A stretch of 64,000 bases of DNA from the NCBI RefSeq assembly GCF_002113885.1, contig NW_018406969.1, positions 3,660 through 67,659 of the forward strand. Direction: 5' to 3'. Under the pieces are notes generated by a model. That model did not search any database. It had not been told where the DNA came from and saw only the letters and a program-made list of their open reading frames with translations. The DNA comes from Mizuhopecten yessoensis (lineage: Eukaryota). Below, in pieces: positions 12,501 to 22,700 of this stretch. The position numbers and the translations under genes are program-made. Position 1 is the stretch's first letter. The number at the start of each line of letters is the position of its first letter.

Positions 12501-15111
12501 TCTTTATTTTCCCAGTTGGATTAAAAGGAATGTTTAAACAAGTTTCCAGTCTTTATTTGTGCAACATTCAAAGTATAAATGTCCATGAAGGAGCATCCAA
12601 AATACATAAATAACGAAAATTGAAATTGAATAAAAAAAACCACTGAAAATTGATGTGTTTATTTATTGCTATACATTTTACTGAGGAAAACCTTTTGCAA
12701 CCCACATTGTAGGTTTTATTTGTTCAAATCATATGGGGACACTGATGAAATTTCCCAATTTTTGCAAAACGCAGATGATATTTCCCAAATCCTGACAGGG
12801 GCCCTTTCCCAAAATAGCTGGTAAAACCCCTTGGTTGGGTGGTTGATGGGTTTTTCGTCTACACTTCACCGACGAAGTAAGTGTTTTGTCGACGTGGCAA
12901 AAACCCTGCTTTTGATAAGCTTATATACCCCTATGCCCCTCCCTTCCTGTCAATCACCGGGACATTGTCATCTTCACCTTTGTGTTTTAACTGGGGCTAG
13001 CTAAAGGCAAGCTTTACTCAAGTGTGTTATTGACATTGATTAGTGCAAACAAACACCAAGCTTAATAAATGCAAACATGACCAAAACAGACTTAGGCTAG
13101 ACAAAAAAATGTTTGTGTTTCCTGTAACAAAATTTACGGTAGGTAACAAATTTTATTTTAACAAATGATTTTAAATGGTTTATATAGGAGAGTGATCTTG
13201 ACTTTCACAGTGGTTCTTTGAAAATTGTCGTCAAAAGTGTAGGGTAGGCACAATTAGGGTAGGTAGGGTTATCGGAAACATGAAATATTTTTTGTTTGGC
13301 CCTTTTCAACTCCACCCAAGGTTATAAGTCAGTTTTTGCAATGATAATTTTGTGTTTTTGACATTGATTAATTAAGATGGCAAACAATACGCTATCAACT
13401 TTGATATGTGAAGCAGTGTAGTTCTTTTTAAATTTAACAAGTCATACTTTCTCAAATCTTGGATGATAAGTAATTCCTGATACATGGAACCTTGCAATTT
13501 GCTTTCGAGGTTTTCCATGATACATGTATATCCATAATGACAGTCTGTTTTGCAATATTTTCATGGTTTTGATATTAATGTATTTTGGAAGACAAACCTT
13601 GTGTTGTTAACTTTTATTTATAAAGTAGTACCTAGTGGAGTCCTTTTAAAATTTTACAAAGTTTTCACAATTTCTCATATTTTGGATGATATCTCAACTT
13701 TAATTTTAGTGTTTCCTGACATGGAAACTCGATTTGCAGATTTTCTTAGGAATATTTGTTATGACATGCACATGCTATATGGTTTATCCTCAACTGTAGA
13801 ATTATTCAACTAAATTTTGGTTGTCATTAATTTTATTGAGAGAATGACAATAAAATATTTCTGTTTACAGGAGAAAGACCTAATTCACAAGCTGTTCAAA
13901 GTGTTAGTGCCGCGGTACAACCACTTCACAAACTACAACTATACCCAGACGTACCGACTCCCAAACAAATATCCTGGCTCCGATAATACCAGTATGGCTG
14001 TCTTGGAACTGAAATGTAAGACATTACATTTTTATTTTATGTAAGGGTGGAGGTGGGGGGGAAGCCAACAGGTTTTCACCAATAGTATTCACTCAAATCT
14101 ATATTTATGACTTCAAATATTAATTCACTCACCCCTGAAGTTTCATATTGAACTATTCCAACCTTTCCATTGGAAGAGTTCAAATGTGTCTTCAGGGGTG
14201 AATGAGTTAATGATACAATTATTATGAATTAAATTGTTAAAACTATATATATATACATGTACATGTTAGTTATAAATAGGTTATTTATCATTCTATTTTT
14301 TTTAGATACACTAAGAATTCATTGAATAAAATTTGGATTCGAAGCGACACATCTACAACTATGGCTTCACAATATGACATGGTATTTTTGCACACACTAT
14401 GGTGCTAGGTCCTAACTCTATTGAAATGAAAAAAATCATCTTTAAAACAATTCTCTGGAGGACTACTGTGTGTTGATTAAATGATTTGGGAAAGACAGAA
14501 ATTAGGGCAGTTTCATGTCATAAAGTATTTGTGCTTGCTAGTGATGTCATGAACTTAACTATGTGTTCTTTTGATTTGCAGTTAATCCATGGCCACCTGT
14601 TGTCCCCAATCAGAATGAGAAAAAATACCTCCTGACGAACATCCTGCTAAGGGAACTGAACAAAAGCATGAAGAAGGAAGGAAAAGTGGATCATTACAAA
14701 CAAATTAATAAGGTGACTTTTCCTAATGAATACGCCGAGCTCAAGGACAACGTCTCTCCTGCTGGGAATCATGACACCGATAGCGTTGGCCAGTCAACTT
14801 CAAGAGAATCAGAAGATCAGTTGGCTTCAACAGAATCGATAGATCGGTTGGCATCAGCAGATCAGCCGGCTTCCGCAGATCAGCTAGGTTCAACAGAATC
14901 GGCAGATCGGTTAGGTTCAACAGAATCGGCAGATCAGCTGGCTTCGACGAAATCGGCAGATCAGTTGGATTCGGCTGATCAAGTGTCTTCAATAGAATCA
15001 GAACAGTTGGCTTCACCAGAATCGGTTGAACAGTCGAATATGAATGCAGATGAATTTCAGAATCAGGACAATTTGTCTGACCCTGACGGTGAAGATAAGG
15101 ATAAAAAATAA
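9549..15111 (+). CDS. MRPL17: Mitochondrial ribosomal protein L17 (bL17m), 308 aa; exons 9549-9728, 11422-11493, 13871-14015, 14582-15111
   Basis: Spliced translation gives L17 motifs: VTNLIRYERIESTLPRCDEARGYTEQ / LISLAVQNGDKDRHTMEMADYWLT / EKDLIHKLFKVLVPRY...MAVLELK / FNPWPPV. All introns are GT-AG, with consistent phases 0,0,1. Confidence 0.93.
10654..10800. repeat. Long imperfect hairpin (unclassified fold-back element)
   Basis: TACCTGTAACTGAGCGAGATTGGGTTATCTCAGTC ... GACTGAGATAACCCGATCTCGCACAGTTACAGGTA. Confidence 0.75.
12417..12831. mobile_element. ~400-bp MITE with CAGGGTTTTTGCCAG-type TIRs; other copies at ~36242-36621 and 52820-53212
   Basis: Three collinear copies with terminal inverted repeats. 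The 52820 copy is flanked by AGAAC/AGAAC. Confidence 0.75.
13092..13303. mobile_element. ~210-bp MITE, possibly PIF/Harbinger-type; second copy at ~58396-58606
   Basis: Shared internal TATAGGAGAGTGATCTTGACTT and GGGTAGGTAGGG; GGC..GCC-type ends next to TAA/TTA. Confidence 0.55.
14120..14210. mobile_element. ~85-bp TTAA-flanked MITE (piggyBac-like); copies at ~23029-23119, 34457-34556, 43214-43304, 46482-46570, 55159-55248
   Basis: TIR consensus CTCATTCACCCCTGAAG / CTTCAGGGGTGAATGAG followed by TTAA. Confidence 0.7.
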
Positions 15112-15852
15112 GAAATATCGTCAAGAAATGTGTGTATTAGTGTCTTTGTAATTTAAGTCTGAACAATATTGCACTATTTTGTTTGTTTTAATACACTCTC
15201 AACATGAGAAAAAAAAATGGAAACATGATAGCCTCCAAAGTGTAAGATAATTTGACTGAAACTGGACATAAAATGTGTCGTGTCCAAAGTGGACCTGAAA
15301 TAATTTGTAAAACTACATAAACAAGACCTTATAAGACCTGGCCTGTTTGAACCACTTATATATATATATATTTACTTTATTTACTATCCATGAAGAAAAT
15401 GATGAACATCTATTTATTTTAGTAAATTTCCGAAATACATACATATTCTACCATCTTTTGACTGATAGAGGACCTATGGACCCCCGTCCCACTGCTCCGC
15501 GTTTTTTCATATAATTATACAGGCATCTCGCTTGCATTTAATTTTTGATATAAATCTAGCACAATTGGGCCAGAAAACTACTGTTGCCCTGTTCACTCAA
15601 TTATGTATAGCATTAGTATAACAATAGGAAGTCCAGTGTTTGAATCCTGACCTAGACCTACACACAGAACATTGTTGTTTTTTATCATCATATTTTTGCT
15701 TTATCTTTATTTATTTTTTCCTAAAAGTCCTGCAAAGTATGGTTTTCCTTCCAGAAACGATCTATCAAAACTATATGCTGGGAAAACGGGTTCCAATGAG
15801 TAGTTGCAGTTTTTGGCAGTGGCATGCAGATCCTTGAAAAAGAACTCCCTAA

Positions 15853-15942
15853 TTAACCCTTTCACCCCTATGAAACTTTAGTAGACTCTACCATGCATTG
15901 ATATGGATGAGTCCATTATGGTTTAAGTGTTTAAAGGGTTAA
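15853..15942. mobile_element. Related TTAA-CCCTTTCA..AAAGGG-TTAA MITE; copy at 33436-33526, partial copy at ~46665
   Basis: TTAA at both ends, CCC/GGG termini, shared core GGATGAGTCCATTATGG. Confidence 0.7.
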
Positions 15943-16110
15943 ATAGCTGTAATCTATCATCGTAAGATGGATGTTATATTTCTTTAGAACAGAAACGTTT
16001 GGTTATATTTTGTTCAAAGTCCTATAAACAGCTTACATCATTTAAGGGCGTGCCTCCGTGTATGTTGTGCATGTGTGTAAGTGTGCTGGAGACAGGGTAT
16101 GTTGGTGTAC

Positions 16111-16660
16111 NNNNNNNNNNNNNNNNNNNNNNNNNNNNNNNNNNNNNNNNNNNNNNNNNNNNNNNNNNNNNNNNNNNNNNNNNNNNNNNNNNNNNNNNNN
16201 NNNNNNNNNNNNNNNNNNNNNNNNNNNNNNNNNNNNNNNNNNNNNNNNNNNNNNNNNNNNNNNNNNNNNNNNNNNNNNNNNNNNNNNNNNNNNNNNNNNN
16301 NNNNNNNNNNNNNNNNNNNNNNNNNNNNNNNNNNNNNNNNNNNNNNNNNNNNNNNNNNNNNNNNNNNNNNNNNNNNNNNNNNNNNNNNNNNNNNNNNNNN
16401 NNNNNNNNNNNNNNNNNNNNNNNNNNNNNNNNNNNNNNNNNNNNNNNNNNNNNNNNNNNNNNNNNNNNNNNNNNNNNNNNNNNNNNNNNNNNNNNNNNNN
16501 NNNNNNNNNNNNNNNNNNNNNNNNNNNNNNNNNNNNNNNNNNNNNNNNNNNNNNNNNNNNNNNNNNNNNNNNNNNNNNNNNNNNNNNNNNNNNNNNNNNN
16601 NNNNNNNNNNNNNNNNNNNNNNNNNNNNNNNNNNNNNNNNNNNNNNNNNNNNNNNNNNNN
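16111..16660. other. Assembly gap (other gaps: 7788-7941, 36970-37143)
   Basis: Runs of N. Confidence 0.99.
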
Positions 16661-18909
16661 GGAGGAGACGAGAAGACTTGTTTGATCCATTGATGTACAG
16701 TCGCTAACGGTAAAACTGACTGGCTTTAAAGCCAGGTGCTGTTCCTCTGTAGTCTTCAATGGACAGGTGTCAGCCTGGAACCAAGCACTGGTCTTTTTTT
16801 TTTTACCCCAGACCAATCAGATAACTGAGTGCATTCAATTTTGCTTTGACATATTCCAGGGGTGTAGAGAGTGAAAGTGAGTGTAACCTCTAGAGTATGA
16901 TCAGTATCGTGGATGTAAAGGGTGCGATACCTAAACATATATATATGTTCTGGAACCAGTTTGGTATAGTTTCTGGTATTCCTAAATACTATTACAAATG
17001 TTCCAGAACCCGAGCACCAGTGTGACCAGAACCATAGGAGTTTTACATTATATCAATAATCTAGTTCATAAAAGGGATGGGAATTTATTTTCTTGAATAT
17101 ATTATACTGTTAAAACGTCCGCTGTGCCAGAACAAAAGATACCAGAGGGACGTTGGTGCCCACCATCACAAGATCTTAGCTAGTCTATAGTTCTATGTAT
17201 TAAAGATGATATTTCACTCATCTGTTGACTTGATAATCAATTCAACAGTAAATGAATCTGGTGGTAACTTTCAATTAAAATTTCTTATGGATTGGTATGA
17301 AAATGTACTTTCGAGAAATAATGATAACAAAATCAAACAGTCAAAATCCAAGATCGCTGCAAGTTGACGGCCATTTTCTATTCAAATCGGTCTCAAAATG
17401 AAATATGCACAACTATTGACCAAGAGAACCAATATATGCGAGTTTGTTTAAAACTTCTGGAGAAAAAGCAATGACAATCTTGAAAAGTCAAAATACAAGA
17501 TGGCTGTCTGGTGGCCATTTTCTTTTCCTAATGATCAGTTTAAAAATTAATAGGCAAACCTACAGTCTATAGGGAACATATTTATGAAATATGAAAAAGA
17601 CTTGTCTAGTTGTTCTTGAGAAATAGCTTTTACAGTACAAGAACTACTGAAGTATTTAAGGTAAGGTAACACTGCATCAGTTAAATTATTATCACCAAGA
17701 AGAGTTCCAATCAGTGTGGATTATTCCCCCTTTTCTACATAGAAAATGAAGCTTTTTTCTAGCTGAAAATAATTTTCATAAATAAATTGGACACTTATTT
17801 CGATGTGATGCTTAATTAATTGCTGTATGGCCACATCGGTAAAGTGTAGGCTTTGCAATGTTAAGGTCCTGAATTCGAACCCTGCACTTTTTTGTTCTTT
17901 TTTTCATTTCCATTTAAAAAAAAGAAAGAAATTCTAACATCTACAATCCTCTAAAATGCATGGCAACATGTGATTTTTATGATTTCGAAAAGGACTGAAA
18001 CAAATATTTTAACAAAGTGACAATGGAAATCTTTTTGTATGTTCTAAAATTTTTATTCAAGTATTGCATTTACTTACTTCTATCTAAAATTGCACTAAAA
18101 ACTCAATTTTTTCCCCCTCCATAATCTAGATCTGCAAACACGTCCCACCTGTATTTGTTCACATATAAATATATCATACTTTAGAGTTTTGATGTCTTGG
18201 ACAACAATTTTATCAAATGTTTACCATCTTATGGCATCGCCACTATATAACCCTACCAATTTCAGTTGGCATTCATATAGACTTATTCATGGACCGATTG
18301 TTGACTTCATCATTATTATGATGTCGTAATTGTTACATGGATACCACAAACCCAACACGGTGATGGCTGTTCATTTCATTGAACAAGCAAACACAAAACA
18401 CGCATTATTTGAACTAAATGCTGATAAATAATAAATATAATTGATTTTTTTATGAGATGAACTGATTCCAAAAATGGTAAATATAAGTATTGAACTACTT
18501 TCAGTTGGCATTCATAGGCAATATACACTTCATTGAATTTGTCCAGTTGGCATTCATATTGCCTATGAATGCCAACTAAAAGCAGTTCAACGCTTAAATG
18601 TACATCAGGTTTCTTATACATGATATGTTCATTTTAATCTATGTGAGAAATTTTAGATAAATGCTTCATTTTTTTCGGTTTACATACCGCAAACACCTCA
18701 TTATTTCGAAATCTTCTAAATTGCTGAAATCAAGACAGAATCCATAGGTTTACCTTTTTTCGAGCATGCAACAGAAAATTGCAAAGTGATAAAAACTAAT
18801 ATAATAGGTAAGGTAGCATATATCATGTTTATCACTGCCTTCAGATTTGAAAATATTCATAAACAATCCTATATTATACACACTGACTGAAAACATCCAT
18901 CTAAATCTC

Positions 18910-19518
18910 AGCCTCGATATTCAAGGTCTCAGCCTCGATATTCCAGGGGTTACGCTCCCTTACGCTCTCTGCATCCCTGGAATGTGTCATGACAAAATTA
19001 AACGCGTAGTGTGCGCCACCTTGTGGATGAGACAAGAAGATTAGTTTGATCCTTTGGTGTGTTCACACATCAAATGAAATCTGTCAGTCGCGTAAACGCT
19101 AAATTAACTGTCAGTGTCGCTCCTCTGTAATTTTCAAAGGATATGTGTGATCTTAGAGATTGGTCAGTTTTTTTTTACCCGAGACCAATGAAATAGCCAG
19201 ACACCTGCCTTCAAGGGGTCGCAGTGGCAAAGTGGTTAAGGCGTCGGACATTCTGCTACCACTAGCTCTCCACCACACGATCGCGAGTTTGAGGCCTACG
19301 TTAGGCATGCAGTCGCCAGTAAAAGCAGTAGGTCGGTCTTTTTCCTTGGAAACTCCAGCTTTCCTCCACCATCAAAACCTGGCACGTCCTTAAATGACCA
19401 TAGCTGTTAATAGGACATAAACAAAAACAAACAAACAAAACTGCCTTCAATTTTGCTAAGATACATTCCAGGGGTGCAGTGGGCAAAAGTGAGCCTAACC
19501 TCTGGAGTATCGAGGATG
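18910..19518. mobile_element. Non-autonomous element whose ~55-bp TIRs are themselves hairpins; sister copies at ~23215-23561 and partially 16661-16900
   Basis: CCTCGATATTCCAGGGGTTACGCTC...CCCTGGAATG at the left end and its reverse complement at the right end; internal sequence shared between copies. Confidence 0.65.
19215..19440 (+). mobile_element. tRNA-derived SINE with V-like central domain, (AAAC)n tail and 10-bp TSD
   Basis: A-box TGGCAAAGTGG, CTCCAGCTTTCCTCCACCA core, AAAC tail, CTGCCTTCAA on both sides (19205-19214, 19441-19450). Confidence 0.75.
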
Positions 19519-19792
19519 CCTCAATGTGATCATCCTCTTTCCGATGACTCTAGTCAGCTTTGATAAACCTGTAAAAAGTCTGACAACTTGGCCGTACAGT
19601 CACAAGAGATGGGTCCTGCCCATTCAACTGCTTTCTACTGTTTTAGAATATGCAGCAAATCATGATGATGGCTACAGCTGAAAACTGCAATTCAGCTTAA
19701 GCTTTAGCTGTGGTACTATTGAACAAAAAGCCAGTGCCAGCCAAATCCGAGCCAAGACATAAAACAATTCTAGAGCACTACCAACAGGTTAC

Positions 19793-22700
19793 TCAGGCTC
19801 CGCCAATGGTTTTGAAGTCTTTCCAGTTGGAGTAATAATCGTTAATCGATTTAAGCTGTTTTTCTCGTAACCATATATGACTTCTCTTTGTTTTGATGAA
19901 ATCTACAGCTTCATCTGGCGTCCACCCATTGACCTGTTAACACAGAAACAAAAGAGTAAGGAAAAAAACCCAGGAAAAGTTTGAATTTTCATGTCACCCA
20001 TTCACCAGTGTTAACAAAGATACAGAGAATAAAGGCAAAACTCAGTAGCAGTCTAAATTTCCATGTCCCCCATTTGTCTGTTAACAAAGACACAAAGAGT
20101 AAAGACAACAATAGATCCCAGAGGGACCTTGGCGCCCACCATTGTACCATCTTCATTAGTTCTTTGTCAGTTCGATCTTTTCTTCTTATCTGTTTGATCG
20201 AGTCATGTTAACAGTAAATGCACCTCGAGGTAACTTTTGATCTAAAACTTAATACTCTGTATAAAAGACAAACCTAAAAGTGAGTTTGTCATTTCACATA
20301 TTTACTAGTACAGTACTTAATGTGATAGAAATAGAACCGATCATTGCAATATGAGAGAGAGCTATTAAGGTCTTCCTTCAGCCATTTGGTTTTTAGGTCA
20401 CCTGAGCTTTGCTCAAGTGACCTATTCCAATCACTTTCTGACCGTCGTCGTGCGTAAACTTTTTACATTATCAACTTCTTCTCAAGAACCAGTGGATGGA
20501 ATTTTTTCAAACTTGGTCAGAATCATCCTTGGAGGAGGAAGATGGTTTTAAATTGTAAAATTGGGATTCCTACCCCATCCCTAGGAGCCAGGGCGGGGCC
20601 CAAAAGGGAAAATTAACCAATATTTCAAAAATCTTCTACTCCAGACTCAGAGGTAATACAGTCATTTTCTCTGCATGGATGGAAAGATCATCAGGGGCTT
20701 TATTTAATTTGTAATTTTCAGGACCCCCGAGCAATCCGTTCTCCTTTGGGGAGGGGGTAAAGTTTACTATAGCTTATATAGGGAAACAACACTTTTGGGT
20801 ATCTTTTGACAATTTTCTGTTGGAAATTATTCTTACTTGGTTAGAATTATCCTTGGAGGAGGAGGATGGTTTTAAATTGTAAAATTGGGATTCCTTCCCC
20901 AACCCTAGGGGCCAGGGCGGGGCCCCAAAGGGAAATTTAACCAATTTTTCAAAAATCTTATTCTTCCCCGGACTCAGAGGTATTACAGTCATTTTCTCTG
21001 CATGGATGGAAAGATCATCAGGGGCTTTATTTAAATTGTAAATTTCAGGACCCCCTAGCTATCCGTTCTCCCTTGGGGAGGGGGTAAAGTTTACTATAGT
21101 TTTTATAGGGAAACAACACTTTTGGGTATCTTTTGACAATTTTCTGTTGGAAATCATTTTTACTTGGTCAGAATCATCTTTGGTGGATGATGGTATCACA
21201 TTGTAAACTTGGAATTCCTGCCCCATCCCCAGGGGTTAGAGCGGGGCCCCAAAGGGAACATTTACAAATACTTTAAAATTCTTATCCTTTGATGACATGA
21301 CAAGTATTGTATTTCACTTAGTTTACATGCTGATTTCCACATCACATCTAAACAATAAAATAAAGCTACCAGTACCTATGATATAACTCAGGTGACCGCT
21401 AAGGCCCTTGGGCCTCTTGTTATATTCAGTCTCATAAGAAAATATGAACAACAACAGACCAAGGGGAACCTACATGTCAAATTTGAGAAAGATCCCTCCA
21501 GTACTTCCTGAGAAATAGCGATAACAATTAAACCTTCACTGTCAAAATCCAAGCTGCCTGTCTGCCATTTTGTTTATCTGATAAGTCTCAAAAGTAAGCA
21601 TGAATAAAAAGGGGCCAAGGGGAACCTACATATAAAATTTGAGAAAGATCCCTCAAGTACCTCCTGAGAAATAGCAATAACAAACCTTTAAGGTCACAAT
21701 CCAAAATGGTGGCCTGTCGTCCATTTTGTTTATTTGATCAGTCTCAAAATATGACATGCACAACTACAGACCAAGGGGAACCTACATGTCAAATTTGAGA
21801 AAGATCTCTCCAGCACTTATTGAGAAATAGCGATTACAAACCTTCACTGTCAAAATCCAAGATGGTTGCCTGTCGGCCATTTTGTTTATCTGGTCAATCA
21901 CAGAAGTAAACATGCACATTTAAGGACCAAGGGGAACCTACGTGTAAAATTTGAGAAAGATCCCTCCAGTACTTTCTGAGAAATAGCGATAACAATAAAA
22001 TCTTCACTGTCAAAATCCAAGATGGCTGCCTGTCGACCATTTTGTTTATCTGATCAGTCTCAAAAGTAAACATGCACAACTACACACCAAGGGGAGCATA
22101 CATATAAAATTTGAGAAAGATCCCTGTTGTACTTCCTGAGAAATAGCGATATCAAGAATTATTTAAGTACGGACGACGGACCACTTTGCTCTTTGTTCTT
22201 GACCTTTGCACTTTGAAACATTCAAGATATTTACATGCATGGTTAATAAATGAAAATTGATAAAATTCTGGAATGCATTTGCTAGAATAATGACCAAAAA
22301 ATTCAATAAATAGAAACAGTGACCTTGACCTTGAACATGGACCACTGAGATATTCTCATGCTTGACAATACAATGAAATTTAATTAAAAGCAATGCAAAT
22401 GTGAACAAACACATATACTAACAGAATGCTATATATTCCCTCAAGGCTTCATTGCACGGGATACTAACTCAACTTAGTTAAATCTTGATGAGATAACAGG
22501 CCACTATTGTGGCAATCCTTGTCCTCCCAGTCTTACAGTGGACAAATGTCAAGTGGAAACAAATTTTTCGAAAGGCATTTAATCATCCCTATGAGAATTT
22601 GGCCGGGTATGGGAATCAATTCCACCTTTGTATCAGTGTGTTCTAAGAGAAGATAACTCCTACCAACCTTGATGAGATAACAGGCCACTATTGTGGTGCT

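Noticed and set aside
11960-12970. GC-richer stretch possibly from a DIRS/Penelope-type element, with a CCGACGAAG..CGACGTGG hammerhead-like remnant near 12869
   Set aside because: No ORF, no intact stem II or GAAA, and no second copy in the window, so it cannot be supported.
14741-15124. 127-aa minus-strand repetitive ORF
   Set aside because: Antisense shadow of the MRPL17 coding minisatellite.
15999-16816. Long ORFs in the track (also 7772-7957, 36913-37209)
   Set aside because: Open only because they cross N gaps.
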